A stretch of DNA of 64,000 bases from Cyanophora paradoxa CCMP329 (lineage: Eukaryota; Plantae; Glaucophyta). The notes under the pieces were generated by a model. It ran no database searches. It worked only from the letters and a program-made list of their open reading frames with translations, and was not told the DNA's origin. Location of the stretch: NCBI GenBank assembly GCA_004431415.1, contig QPMI01000572.1:248001-312000 (forward strand), in the 5' to 3' direction. The position numbers and the translations under genes were made by a program. Shown here piece by piece: positions 1 to 12,700 of this stretch; within the stretch, counting starts at the first letter, position 1; every line of letters begins with the position of its first letter.

Positions 1-1670
1 CCCCGAGGGCGAGGGCGGGCGCACATTGCCTGTGGCAGGGGCTCACGCCCCGCAGGATGCTCTGCTGCAGGTCCAGCTGCGACTCCCCCGGGGCCGCCAG
101 GATCGCCACCGGCTCTGCCCCCGCGCCCCCTCAGGTCGGGACGCCGGCCCCCCGGGGCCTCGGCGGAGGGGGGGGGGTACCGTAGGCGAAGTCGGGGATC
201 TGGCGGACGCGGTTGCGGCAGAAGAGCTCTCGCGCCTGGGGCGGGATGTCCATCCCTGGGGCCCGCCCGCCCGCCTCTCAGCCGAGGAGGGCGAAGAAGG
301 GGGGGCAGAGGGGGGCGGCGGCGGACCCGGGAAGGACATGCCGAGGTAGCGGGCCTTGCAGGGGCTCGTCGCCCGCACCGCCTCCGCGACCACCTCCCCG
401 TCGTGCAGCGCGTCGAACCGGTACACCCTGGGGGGGGGGGAAGTCAGGGGGGGCAGTCGGGGGGTAGAGGGGTAGAGGTGTGGAGGGGGCGCGGACATGA
501 CGCGGTCCATGCGGATGATGTCCGAGACCTCGTCGACGAAGCCCTGCGGGGGTACGCCGTCACGGGCGGGGTACGGGGGATGGGGGGGGGGGGGGCGGCG
601 GGCCTGGCAGAGGGTCTCGAGGGTGCCGGCGGAGTGGACGCGGGCGGCGGCGCGCCCCGTCGCGATGTAGACGGCTCCCGTGTCGGCCTCCTACAGTGGA
701 GGGGAGCGTCAGGAGGGGCGGGGCGGGGCGCGGAAGAGGGGCGGGCGGGCCTGGATGCGGTCCTTCTTCTCGAGCTCGATGACGATGCGGGCGACGGGGG
801 CGCCCTCTACCAGCGGGCTCCCCAGCCACCCGCTCACCGTGACAGCCGCCGACGAGGCCGTCAGCCCGTGCCCAGGCTCCACGCCCACGCCCACGACAGA
901 CGGCCGCCGCTGCTGCTGCTGCGCCGCCGCCTCCGCCACCTTGCGCGCCGACGAGGGCGGCACGTGCACTGCGCCCCGCGTGAGCGCCGCCCCGCCGGGG
1001 GCCCCGGGCGAGAGGGAGGGCGGGCGGGCGCACGGGCTCCGTTCCACTTGCGCTGCGCGCCGTTGGGGCCGCGCGTGAAGAACTTCATGGGCACCGTGTC
1101 CGACTCGGCGAGGTGCGAGGGGCGCGAGATCTTCGCGAAGACCGTATCGCGCACGTTCTGCACGGCGCGCCGGCCCGGGTCAGCCGGAGTCGCAAGAGCT
1201 CCGCGCGAATGCGGCGGGGGCGGGGGCGGGGGCGCGCGCACCCGGTAGCTCTCCGGGGCGAGGAGGTCAGCGAGGTCGCGACCCAGGCAGTCGCCGGGGG
1301 GCACGCCCAGCTCTTCCCCCACGTTCGCCGACACGTGCGTGACTGTCAGGTCCTCCCGGACCGCGATCAGCACGCCGTGCGGCTGTATGTGCCCGATCTG
1401 CCGCAGCAGGTAGGGGTCTGCGGCGCGGCGCGGCTGTGAGCGGCGCCGACGGAGGGGCACGCGGCGACTCCCGCGCGTCGCTCACCTCTGTCTCCTTCCG
1501 GGAGAGCTTCGATCCGTGCCTGCGCAAGCGAGGTCGGCTGGGGATGGATCGCGGAGGTCTCGTGCGCGGGTCGGCCTCACCTGTTCGGCCTCCAAACGCG
1601 CCCGCTTGCTGCGGGCGTTGCTCTCTTCGTCATGGGAGGAGCGTCGCCCCGCGCCCGAGTGCGGGAACAT
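1..1670 (-). CDS. Phytochrome, 5' part (N-terminal extension, PAS, GAF); multi-exon, continues beyond window start
   Basis: Spliced translation from ATG 1670: MFPHSG...EAEQ|ARIEALPEGDR|DPYLLRQIGHIQPHGVLIAVREDLTVTHVSANV (phytochrome PAS_2 signature IQPHG...S.N). GAF: MDRVM|VYRFDALHDGEVVAE...YLGMSFP|GMDIPPQARELFCRNRVRQIPD...LDLQQSILRGVSPCHRQ, with the DIP motif and the Cys-His chromophore site at ~31-36. Confidence 0.93.
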
Positions 1671-2369
1671 GTTCGGCGGCGCCAGGGCGCGCGAGCTCCG
1701 GCACGCGTCGCTCGTGAACGCGTGCGGCCGCGGTGCCCTTCGCGCGTCCTCTACTCCGAGATCGCTGACTTCGCCAGAGTAAGCAATGAGCTTCAGCAGC
1801 CTAGAACGCGCGAGCGGATACGGGCTCGCTTCGCAAGCTTTGTGGCGCACCCTGACTGTTACAGTCGGGGCTCCTCTACTGCAACCAAGATGCGCCGCTG
1901 TCCGAAAGAAACCGGTGCTGATCGGCTGCGAAGGCGGTAAGGATGCTGCGGAGCTCCCACTCAGGATGTTTCGCCACTCAGACAGCGCATTCAGGCGTGT
2001 GCCGTGCGCGGTTGATGAACAGCTCGCGTCGTCTAAGACTGCTGTGCAAGCCAATGCTAACTGTCCCTGAAGTCACCTAGCCGGCTGAAACGCGGGCGGG
2101 GGGCGCCACCGCACGTCGATCGGCGATTGCGAATCGAACCCGCAGATCTTATAGCTATAGCTATAGCTTATCACTGCCGAAGACCATACGTGATGCGGTC
2201 GCCCTAGCTCTGCGCGCGGCTTGCGGGTCCGATCCGCCGGCGGGCGAAGGACTCGCAGTGTCTGCGGATGTCTGCGGAGTCTCAATCGAAGCCGACGGGG
2301 GGGGGGGGGGGGGGGAGGGGGGGGCACTTGGGGTACACGTCATACACTCTTGCCATCCAGAATTTCGCC

Positions 2370-4632
2370 ATGGGCCTGCTGCCGCGACTCTCCGCCATAA
2401 AGGATCTCTTCACCTGGACCGGCAGGTGCGCTAGCTCTCCGTTTTGACCACCGGTTCTATCAATTTCTAGGCTCTTGCGGAGTCGGAGCAGTCCGAAAAA
2501 CCGAGCCGAACACAAGCCTAGGCCTAGCGAGCCGAGCTGGTTCCGCATAGAGTGCCTGCTTAATCGAAGTCAATACGAACCGGTTGCTACGTGGCCCCGC
2601 GTATAGCGACCCCGCCGCCGCCTTGCTGTGCGACGACGTACGCTGACAACGCGTTCACTATTAGCGTGTACAAAAATACGTTGTTTGAGGTAAGACACGC
2701 GCGCCTGCCACCGCAACAGCCGCTGACCTCCGCCCGCCGCGTACTTAAGGTGGCCCTGTGGGCGTTCGTCGGCTGGTTGTACGTCTTCATCTTCAACAGA
2801 TTCGACATCAGCTACGCCACTACGGGAGGTTACGGCCTTGACTCCATCACCCACTCGCTGGTGCGTACGATCAGGACGCGCAGGTAAACTGAAGGCCTTG
2901 ACTTGCTCCGGGCAGGCTGGCGGCCTGCTTTCGTTCCTCCTCGTCGGCCGGTACTCTTCGGCCACCGATCGCTGGTTCGTCCCATCCGTTAAAGAAATTT
3001 GATCCGACGCTTATCTCGCCCGACTGATCCGTTTCATGGAAACAGGTGGAATGTGAAGACTAGGTGCTCCGTTCTGACTCCGGGCATGGAATCGCGCTGA
3101 CGGTCCTCGTCCCCTCCCTCTCATCGCAGCCTGAACGGAGTCGCCGGCGGCATCGAGAGCTTTGGTGCGTGCCGCCACGCCCGCCGCCCGCCGCCCCGCA
3201 GCGCCTGAGCACCCCTCCCCCAGTCTCGATCCTGTACTCGTACGCGGCGGGCAAGCGGGAGAACTTCCGCGCGAACCGCCAGCTCGCCCGCCTCCTCTAC
3301 GGCTTCTACACGGTCGGCGTGCGCACGCTCGGCGGCTCGGACGCCTCGACCCTCCACGATCTCCCGCTCGTCCTCTCCACTGTGCGCCCCGCCCCGGCCC
3401 TGCCCGGCCCGATCTCGAGTCCGAGTCCGAGTCCGAGCGCAGAGCGAGCTCAACGCCATCCGCAAGTACGAGGGCGGCAAGCCCAACATGCTGTCCGCCC
3501 TTTCGCCTTGAGTAATAATGATCCTTCGCGGGATTCGAACCGGCGTCGCGCCCCGCAGGCACGCCATCGCCCGCCGGGAGCTCTTCTCGCGCACCCCGCT
3601 GGACTGGTTCGCCCGCAAGGAGGTGCGCCGCTCGGGGAAACGCTCCCGCGCGGGTTCGAACCCGCGTCCCGCGCAGGCCGACAAGGTGCTCGAGGGCATC
3701 ATGGGCAACATGGCGAAGATCTCGGAGTACTCGACCACCCGCATCCCCCTCCCCGCGGTCCGCCCGCGCCGGCGCCCTCAAAGCTTAATTCGCGCCAGCG
3801 CGCCGCCCTCGCCTCCGTTGACGCCGGGCGGGCGGGCGTGCGTGGGGGCGCGCAGGTCCAAATGCTGAACGTGGCGCTCACGGTCTACTTCGCAACGCTC
3901 CCCCTAGTCCTAATGCCCACATTCAAGGCCACCTGGGGGTACGTCGCCCGACTTCCTCGCGAGGGCTGCGGGGCGCGGTACCCGTCGCCGAGGCCCCGCC
4001 CCCCCGCGCAGGCTCCACGTCATGGTCCCGACTGCCATGGGCGCCCTTGCCTTCATGTTCTACGGTCCGCGCTCGTACCCCCGACCGCTTCTCCCCTCTT
4101 TTTTCCCATTCCAACTCTCCCTCCTCCCTCAGGCGTCAAGAACGCGGCGGAGGAGATGGAGTACCCCTTCGGCAGCGGTGGGCGGTCCCCGTCTCGCGAT
4201 CGGCGTACCCCCCTCCCGGCTCACGTACCCCCCAGACGACAACGACGTGAACACGTTCGCCGCGTCCCGCGCGCTCCACAACGGCCTCCGCGCCGTTATC
4301 TCCCTCCACGTGCGCCGTACCCCCCTCCCGCCCCTTCCGGCGCGGCCGTACCCCGCCGACCTCGCCGCGCCTCGCAGGAGGGCGGCTCGATCCCGCTCGG
4401 CGGTGCGGCCGGTCCCGGCCCCGCCCCCCGCTGCGATTAACGCGTACCCCCAGAGGCCCCCACCTTCTGGCTGGACCTCTGCGAGGTCGCCGACCGCGAC
4501 GTCTCCGCCCAGACCTTCGTCCCCGGGTTCGAGTCCCTCCGGGCCCCCTTCTTTCCTCGCCGGCGCTCACCAGCGCGGCCGCGCCCCCCGCGCAGGACCT
4601 CTGGCCCCTCCCCTTACACCAAACTCGTCTAA
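2370..4632 (+). CDS. Bestrophin-family (YneE/VCCN-like) anion channel, multi-exon
   Basis: ATG 2370 (MGLLPRLSAIKDLFTWTG). Hydrophobic helices VLKVALWAFVGWLYVFIF and VALTVYFATLPLVLMP; RIPLP; C-terminal GVKNAAEEMEYPFG|DDNDV matching the bestrophin E-(I/M)-E-x-P-F-G-x-D-x-N-D motif. Last exon DLWPLPYTKLV* ends 4632. Confidence 0.78.
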
Positions 4633-5135
4633 ACAACGAGGGGCGCGCCGCCGCCGGCGCCGGCGGGCCCCTAGAGTACTCGCAAATCTATCTCGTGGTC
4701 CGTGTAGATCTAAGGAACGTCGTACAACATACTGCATAAGCGCAGCTGCACACACCGGATTATTTCGTTTCGTTATTCTTCCCGCTTATCCTTTCGAATT
4801 TCGGGCAGGGACAGCTGTCCGCGTATTCCGACATATTTGCTTGTTTTCTTATGTCATAGTATGTGTCGAATCGCAACACAAATCACGCTTCAGGAGTAAA
4901 TCAGTGGCGGGCAGGAGATGCACTGCGGCACATAACTAGATGCCGTTCTAACGCTGCGCCGAGCCACGTGCATATATGCGTGCAACATGCACGACTGTAC
5001 TAGCTTAGATTTTAAAGATTGTATATATAGTCAATCTGATCGTAAAATAATGAACATAATACACTCAGTGACTTATCCTTGATAGAGCGGAAGTCCTAGC
5101 ACTGCGCGAAGTACGCTTCGCGACCGGAGCCATTG

Positions 5136-7870
5136 CTAGATACACTTGAAGTTGTGAGAAATGCTGCCTTGTGAAAGAGGCGGGTGGAAGAGGGGGAAAC
5201 GAAATGAGAAAGAGACTGCCCGCCGCGTCGGCGCTTGGTGGAGCGACCGGCGCGGGCTCAGCGCGGGGTCGGGAAGTGGTTGCAGCCGGAGCCGGGGCGG
5301 GCTGCGCCAGTCATAGCGACGGGTACCAGCTTCCCCTCCGCCTCCGAAATGTACACCGCGATGCGCAGGCTGTTCCGCAGGACCTGCCGGGGGTACACCG
5401 GTTTCAGCTGGGGGGGTACAGGATTTCAGAGGGGGTACAAGGAAGCGCGCCTCGATGACGCGCGGTGCGGCGCGGGCGGCGGCCATCTCCCAGTGGGGTA
5501 TCGTCATCCGGCCCGACGCGCTCGGCCTGTGCCCCTTCGGGAAGACTGCCGGGGGATCAGCCGCGCGCGGACGTCGCCTAGGGGGGTACACGTGCAGTGG
5601 TAAGTGAAGAGAGAGCCGACGGAGCCGCTGGAGAAGCTGCGGGGGTACGGCATTGGGATCATTCCGGGACGCTGGGGTGGGAGGGTGCGGCTCACGTTGC
5701 GTAGAGAACGTGGGGGCAGGTCTTGTGCAGCTGGAGGGCGGAGTGAGCGTCGCGGGCGATTTGGGGGGAGGGTGGGGGAGCGAGGCGGGGTACCAGCTGC
5801 AGAAGCGCGATGCAGTCGTCGCCGGGGGTCCAGTCCATCTCTATCGCCTGGAGCCTGTACCCCCCAGGTGAGCGTTCCTCCAGGTGGGCGTCGCAGGCGC
5901 GCTCGCCTCCTGAGCTTGTGCACGGCGGCGCAAAGGCCGCCGGCGGTCATCTGGACGGGCGAGTCGTTGCCTGCGCGCCGGCGCCGGGGGCCGCCCGCGT
6001 CAGCCGCGGCCGCGCTGCCCGGCGGCGCGCGGAGCGCGCGCTAAGGCACCGAAGAAAAGGCCCGCCTTGACCACGAGCCGCGTGAGGCCTGCCGGCGGGA
6101 CGAAAGGGGGCGGTCAGAGGGGCGGGGGCGGGGGCGGGGGCGGGGGCGGGCGGGGGGCACCGGGGCAGCGGTCGGCGAGGGCGCGGATCCAGGGGTCGTC
6201 GATGGGGGGGCAGGCCCCCCCCGCGGGGCGCTGCACCTCCCGCACGGCCAGCTCGCGGAGGCCCCGCCCCACCCCCGCCAGCACCTGCGCCGCACAGCTA
6301 AGCGTAGCTTGCTTTGCTCAGCTTGCTCGGCTCAGTGGATAAGGACCTGGGCCCAGACGGCGGGCTCGACGGCGCCGCCGTAGACGAGCCCGTGGAGGGC
6401 CTCGGGCCGCATCGCCGCGAGCCGCCGCGCCGCCGCCTCCCCCAGCGCCCCGTCCGACGCCAGCGCCGTCGGCTCGAACACGAGCTGCCCGGGCTTGAGC
6501 TCGGCCGGGGGGGCGGGGGGGGGGGGGGGGGGGGGGCACCTTGCGGACGCGGGGGGCGAGGATCGTCTGCGTCAGCGTCTCGGGGGCCTCCGCGGGCTCC
6601 GGGGGGGTACCCGGGGCCTGCTCCAGGGGTACGGGCGGCACGTCGTCGGTCTGCGCCTCCGGCGCGTAGAAGACGAAGCTGCGCGGAGGGGGCGTGAGGG
6701 CGGGTCGCAGGGGTACGGGGCCCCGGCGCACGTCCGGCGGCCGCCGCGGTAAGTGTCGGAGGGGGAGGCCCGCGGCGCGGGCGCCTCCGCCGACTCCTCC
6801 CCCTCCCGGGGGGAAGAGATCTCGGCGGGGTCGCCGTACCGCAGCATATCCGCCACGGAGCTCACGCGCAGCGCGCCGATCTCGCGTACCCCCGCGAGGG
6901 CGATGGCGGCCAGCAGCGGCGAAGCCATGTCGAGCTCGCTGCGGGGCCGTGAGCGGGCGCGGGGGGGGGGGGGGAAGACAAGGGGGGTACGCGCCTGCTG
7001 GCGTCGAGGGAGCGGAGGTTGGGGAGGAAGGGCGAGAGGGCGTGCCAGGCGCCCACGGGGCCGTTCCTCACGAGCGTCGGCGCGACGAACACTGCGGGGG
7101 CGGAGGCGAGGCGCGCGCGTTAACGTTCAAGACGCCGAGATGGGGAGGGGGGGGCGAAGGCCCGGGGGGTACCGTTGTGGTCCCAGACGAGGCCGCTGAG
7201 GGCGAGGTGCGTGATGCGGGGGAAGCGCGAGAAGATGTAGCGCAGCTCAAACTTGTCGAGGAACGGCGCCAGCGGCTCCTTCTCCCGCCCCCGCAGCACC
7301 CGCGCCTGCGAGGCGCGAGGCGCGCGCGTCAGCGGCGGAGCGGCGCGGCAACGGAGCGGGGCGCGCGGGCGCACCTTCTCGGTTATGGTGAGACGCTCGA
7401 CGGTTGCCGGCGCGTTGCCGAAGAAGTAGTGGCTGCGCGTGCGCGCGCGCGGGCGTCGGCGTCGGGCGTCGACGTCGGGTGCGAACGGAGCGCGCTGGGC
7501 GGGGCCCTGGGCACCAGAAGGCCTGGTCGCCGAAGTCGGCGGGGGCGTCGTGCCAGAGGACGAGCTCGAGGGAGCGAAGGGCCTTGAAGCGCGGCTGCGC
7601 GACGACCTCCACCGCGCGCCGCCGCCCGAAGGTCGGCACGCCGGCGGGGAGCCGCGCGAACTCCTCCCCCGTCGGGTCCAGGTAGTCGGAGGAGAAGAGG
7701 AAGACGGAGCGCAGGTTCTGCTCGAACACGTCGAACCGCACATCCGTCCAGAGCGCCGGGTCGTAGACGAGCTCCCGCCAGGCGCTGTTCACGGCGGCGC
7801 AGCGGCCCCGGTCCGCGCTCCCCAGGAAGCCGAACACGGCGGTGAGGAGCTCGTTGGGCAGGGCATCCAT
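5136..7870 (-). CDS. F-box protein with probable degenerate LRR-like C-terminal region, multi-exon
   Basis: N-terminus MDALPNELLTAVFGFLGSADRGRCAAVNSAWRELVYDPALWTDV is a clear F-box. Downstream exons carry LxxLxL-like segments (ALRSLELVL, FPRITHLALSG, GLRELAVRE). The 3' end is uncertain. Confidence 0.75.
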
Positions 7871-9069
7871 CCCGCTGGCTCCTCCCGCAGGCTGCGTGGA
7901 CGGTCAGCGTTGTTTGGAACGCCCAGGGCGGCGGCGCAGCGTCCTCTCCTCGCGCACGCGCCCTAAGGTGAACTCCACGTGCGGGGGCTCTTGCGAATTG
8001 AACGCCGGCGCTCCTAGGGCGTGGGCGCGCCGCTGGTGTGATCCATCGTGCACGGTTAGGAGATGTAGAGCTTCCGTGCAACTCCGCGCATTGCCGGTTG
8101 GGTCCGCAGCCGGCTGCTGCTGCTCCGATCAAAGCCGCCCACTTTTGAGCACTTCCGCCCGATCACAGCCACGAGCTTGAGCCGCGGCGCGCAGCTGTGG
8201 GCGGCGCGGGTGGTTCGGCCCGATTACACTCGTACCCCCGCCGGCAGTTCTGACGGGCTTCGTGAATCAAGGCTCCCGAGCAAGCAAGGCGACCACGATC
8301 GGCTCTGCCGGCTCGTCGGGGAGCCGCCCGGCTCCATCGACAACTCATCGCCGAGTCATCGGCGCAGCCCAGCCGCAGCGAGCTCGTCCGGGATCCCCGG
8401 AGACGCGAGCGCGATCGAGCAAGTCGTTTCTGCTGCTTCGTCCTGGTCCAGAACCGGTTCGTCGGGCGCCGTTGAGCAAGTCCTTGACCCGAAGCGAGCT
8501 ATCATTGCCGGCCGTCACGGCGTCACGGGCCGGGCTCGGCCGGCCGACTCGGCGAGCAGGGTGCTTCTGATCTACTCGCTTGCATCCGCTAAGCTTTCGT
8601 ACCAACTCCTTCCCCCGGGCGCCAGGGCTGTTCTATATCTAGAGCTGTCGACCCCCGTGCCGCGCGCGGCCGCGGCCGGCCTAACGAGTCCGCGGCCGAG
8701 CCAATGATGCATGCACATGCGCAGGCCACGCTGCTAGCGCTGTGCGGCACAGGAGCGGCGGCGAGCGACGCGCGAGCCTCGGAGCTCGGGCAAGATCATC
8801 CGAGCTGGCGCTCCGGTCCGACGGTCCTAGGCCTGCAGCTGCGCATGCTGCTTCGACCTGTCTCGAGCTCGCCGGCCGCGGGTGCGTTCGGCCTACTCGG
8901 CTATGCCTAGGCTTCCAACGAGCGCGATTGCGACTTGCGGGACTCGGGATGGCCCTGTTAATATAATAATTAATGTTAAAATTAGTGCCCTAGATCAAGA
9001 TCTGGCACCGCGGCCGGCCGCTGGCCGGCGCCCAGCTGCAGGCCGGGACCGGATGTGTGTCACAGTGTG

Positions 9070-9573
9070 TACCGTGTAACACTATATTATGACGGTCAAA
9101 TTTATGTCGTTATAAAACCCGACCCTTCTTTATGAGAAATACTGTAGGATTGCTTTTTTAGCCGATGTTTTAAATTGCCGTAAATTGCCGAGAGGCCGAA
9201 TTCGGCAATTTAGAGCCGCGGCAATGCTCAGGGGGTAGGCGTAAGCAACCGCTTTTGTGTGGCGCGGGATTGGCGCCATAGAATTCGAAGAAATCTAGCG
9301 TTTCGGCAATTTATCGCCATGGCAATTCCGGTTTTGGTCGAATTCGGCAATTTAACTACGCGGCAATTTAAGCATTCCTACAGTATGACGTCCCCAAATT
9401 ATGTCGTCATTAACTTTTCAGGCTTGTATGGGGACGGTAAATTTGGGGGGATACCACTGAACGTACCCTACTATGACGTCCCCGAATTATGTCGTCATGC
9501 CAAGTTTTCGGCGACATAATTTGGGGATGACATAATAAAGTGCGTACCTTAATATAGTGTTACACGTGCACGG
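9070..9573. mobile_element. MITE (TA-CCGT termini, Tc1/mariner-pogo-like), host of a nested MITE
   Basis: Left TIR taccgtgtaacactatatta (9070); right TIR taatatagtgttacacg[tgcac]gg (9550-9573); internal repeats aattatgtcg/atgacgtccc; no coding capacity. Confidence 0.8.
9140..9385. mobile_element. Nested MITE with TA target duplication
   Basis: TA-ctgtaggattgctt ... aagcattcctacag-TA; many internal aattgccg/cggcaatt units. Removing it restores the host motif aaatatgacgtcccc. Confidence 0.8.
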
Positions 9574-9734
9574 TTCATATACGTACGCGTTTGCTTGCAA
9601 TTGTTTAATATCGCGCCGCGGCGATCGCAAGGGCCTATTATAAAAAAGGCGTGCTTATTAAATTGCAAATTTTCAGTTGATCACGCGTATACGTACACGT
9701 ATGCAATCACCGCAGTTCGATCGGTGCCAGATTG

Positions 9735-12700
9735 ATGGATCCGGAGCTCGAGCTGGGGATCGAGGGCCAATCAATGGCTACTCGAAATCGGCCAGGCAAT
9801 GCTTCGCCCAGTCCGGTTGAGATGGAGCTCGACGAGTCAGCTAATGCTGCACGATCAGCATTCTCGAGTGCTAGCCCCGTTGACACCACGTCACCCATGG
9901 CCATCGAGTCTGGCTCGCTGCTTTCACAGCCGATCAGCAGCGCGGCTCCAGCTATGGATCCAGATCTAGATCTAGATCACCTCGTCGTCGATCTCTGCAT
10001 GGATCCGGACGGCACAGACAGCAATAATCGAAGCTGGATTGATTTCAAAGAAGAGCTCGAAAAGCGCGGAGTACAGCTTCGTCCTCTAAATCTGTAAGCA
10101 CCGCGAGCGCGCCGCGCTGTCTATAGATCTTTTCGTCTTCGAACTCTTCTCATGACAAATGCAGGCCTGACAATGATCAGGAGGGCCAGGTACAGCAGGC
10201 GGGACCTTCTGATGCCGGCGCACCACTCGTCTTTCTCGCATCTGCTCGGTCGGTACAAAAAGAAGATCTTGTGGAAATTCTATTGTCAAGTTCGTGCCAT
10301 GCTTCACGCCTTATCCATCGGCGCCCCGCCCAGCGGCGGTCCTGAACTGTAGTTTTGTCGGCGCAGAGGTCTACCGCGCCTCAGTGTTTGTCGTTCTGCT
10401 CGACACGTTCGAGCAGGTGTTCAACAGCGGCCTTCGCATGTGCCTCGGTGGCATTAATGTACGCATGCTCAGCGGCTCATGCTCATGATTATTGCAAATA
10501 TGAGCTCATTATCACTCACACAGGTCGAGAAGCTCTTTCTTTTCGGAAACCCCCGCGATCCCGGATACGGCGGTCGAATCGATGCTTTCAAGAAGGCGCT
10601 CGAGCGCATCAAACGTCCTTCATACCGGGAGCCCCATGCCGAGCTCACGCTGGCGCCATCAAGGGTTGGCAGGCCGAGGCCGCCTCCGGACTCGGGCGGT
10701 CAAACGTCCAGCCGCAGCTGGCCGATTGAAGATCCGACTGCGATTCGAGTGTTCGTCAGCTACTCGCGGTCGAACAAGTCCGCAGTACAGAGTATTCTCA
10801 ATGAACTGAAAACGCTTACTCGAGATCGAAACATTCATTTCTGGTGCGCATGCTACGTATACACCGCAAAGAGCACGTCTACGAAATATATAATTATAAC
10901 GCAAGCGCGCACACTGCAGGGTGGATTTTGAGCAGCTGTGGGCCGGTACGTCCTCTATGCAGGCCAGCGCCCCCTCCACGCGAGCTCCGTCTAACAAATA
11001 CATCCACTCTGCAAGGTGTGCGCTGGGTGGATGAAAGTGAGCACTTTGTATTGGATACTGCCTTTCTCGCGTTCAGCTCTTTTATTTCGGTACATGTTCG
11101 CTCATGGATTCCATGCGTAGTTGCAAGGGGTATTGAAGGAAGCACGCACTTTCTATTCTTTGCGTCACAATGCTCTGTAGAATCACAGTTCTGCAGAGGT
11201 GCGCAATTTGCTTATAGCGTATACGTCCTTAATTGGAACGGTAATTATAACGTCGCCTGCGCAGAGGAAATCGATTATGCCTACGTTCAGAAAAAGCGCA
11301 TCCTCATTTGTTATCTGGAGGAACGCTCTATTATAATGAGCTGCCTGAGCTCTCAATCGGCCGTGGGCTTGCGGATGCGCTGGCCATGGCCTTGCGAACA
11401 AAGGGAGAGTCAAGCGAGCGCAGCCGAAGTTATCTCTCGACTGCTGGGCCATGCGCATGTATCTGGCCAGCTTCCCGCTGCAGTGCGTGTTTCGTTGTAT
11501 ACGTGACGATGGCTTTAAAATTACCTGAGCCGCCCTGGATGTTATTGTGTTTTCCAATCGATCTGGCAGAGCGCAATCTGCGTAAACTGTGCAGTGGAGA
11601 GAAGGCCCAAGTGTGAAGCTCGGGGTGATGTCGCCTCCCAATGCGACAGCTGCGCAGATGCCGTTCTCATCCGCGGCGACCTTCATTTGTTCAATGAGCT
11701 CTTCGGTCCAGACGCAAGGGCCGACGAAACTCAACAGCATCTCATCATGCAGAACCGCGAGGTGTGCACGTTTCTCATATTATGACGGAAGACCATGCAT
11801 ATGATGACTAATGTAATACTAATCCTACTACTCGGTTGCAGTACTTGCCGTATGACATATGTCGGCGACATGTGAATGGATCCGGAGCGATATTCAATGT
11901 TCGACGCGTGCTGCCTCCGACGTCGACGTCGACCGACCGCGACATGACAACACCTGCGCTCGAGTTGGAGGTCTTTGAGCGGCACCCGTGCAGCGGTGAT
12001 GCCTCGTGGAGGGCGGCGCAGCGGGCCCTCGCCCATGCGGCGTGGTTTCGCTGCTACGGCGTCCCGACACTATGGGACTCTTGCGCTGCGCGCAAAGCGA
12101 TCGTGAAAACCCGTATATGCGGCCAAACGTCAGTTTTGGTTTTATAATTAATTCTTTCTTTCGGCCTATGATAAAATAATGACAATCTTCCACGGCCAGT
12201 GTTGAGCAGGACCTCAAAAGAGGCGGTGAATACGAAGTAGAACATGTGATCGATTTCTTGGAGCAGGTGCACGCTTTGGAATTCCAATTTATATCGCGCA
12301 ATGCAATGTTACAAAACAAGGTTTTGCAGATGTCCTTGATTTTTCACCACATTCACACATACGCCAAGCTCGCTCACCAGCGCATTTCAACTTCTGCTGT
12401 CCTTGTATCTGGTCGCTATCGTGATCACGGCATTCCTACGTTCGTTCCTGAATTTCTATTGCTTGTCATAGCCATCAGTCATTCTGCGGTCAGATTTATG
12501 CTCGAAGACCTTGGACTTGCCAGACGACTCCGAAGCACGCCGCCGCCAATTTTCGATAGCGATAATGATCGTGACGTGCGTCTGTGCACTCGCCTCGGAC
12601 GGTCGGACCTCATGACGACTGACCTCTGCTCTTGCAGGCCGCTCCGGATCCATTGAGTGCTCAGCATGAAGACATCGCAGGCATCGGAATCGTGGCTTTG

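Noticed and set aside
8177-8966. 176-aa ORF and neighbours upstream of the F-box gene
   Set aside because: Non-ATG start, no domain and palindrome-rich; probably non-coding or a decayed fragment.
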